Positions 14,936 to 14,936 of a stretch of 14,936 nucleotides of DNA are shown here, in pieces (within the stretch, counting starts at the first letter, position 1; each line of letters starts with the position of its first letter). The position numbers and the translations under genes are program-made. A model generated the notes under the pieces. It did not search any database. It saw nothing but the letters and a program-made list of their open reading frames with translations, and was not told the DNA's origin. Source of the stretch: a bacterium (GTDB taxonomy: Bacteria > Eisenbacteria > RBG-16-71-46); NCBI GenBank assembly GCA_043779265.1, contig JAYWEM010000006.1:1-14936 (forward strand), given 5' to 3'.

Positions 14936-14936
14936 C

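Overview
High-GC bacterial chromosomal window; every credible gene lies on the + strand. (1) 1-2217: the end of an upstream CDS, then a NosF-like ABC ATPase, a small membrane-anchored cupredoxin-like protein and a NosY-like permease, all with overlapping stop/start codons. (2) 2230-3401: a sigma70-type promoter, tRNA-Lys(UUU), an orphan soluble zinc-binding anti-sigma (ZAS/zf-HC2) protein and a putative outer-membrane beta-barrel. (3) 3430-14935: a sigma70-type promoter and FMN riboswitch leading ribD-ribE-ribBA-ribH-nusB. This run continues through overlapping junctions into a metallophosphoesterase, SAM methyltransferase, GT4 glycosyltransferase, UPF0104/LPG-synthase-TM flippase-like protein and a DUF2723 (TMEM260-like GT-C) protein with TPRs, then after a 23-nt gap a UDP-glucuronate-4-epimerase-like SDR. 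The most notable signals are the candidate bacterial TMEM260-like protein-glycosylation module, its apparent place in an FMN-riboswitch operon, a histone-like Lys/Ala/Pro tail on RibBA and a cupredoxin lacking copper ligands inside nosF-nosY. No mobile element or CRISPR array was seen. All family calls come from motif recognition by eye, not database searches.
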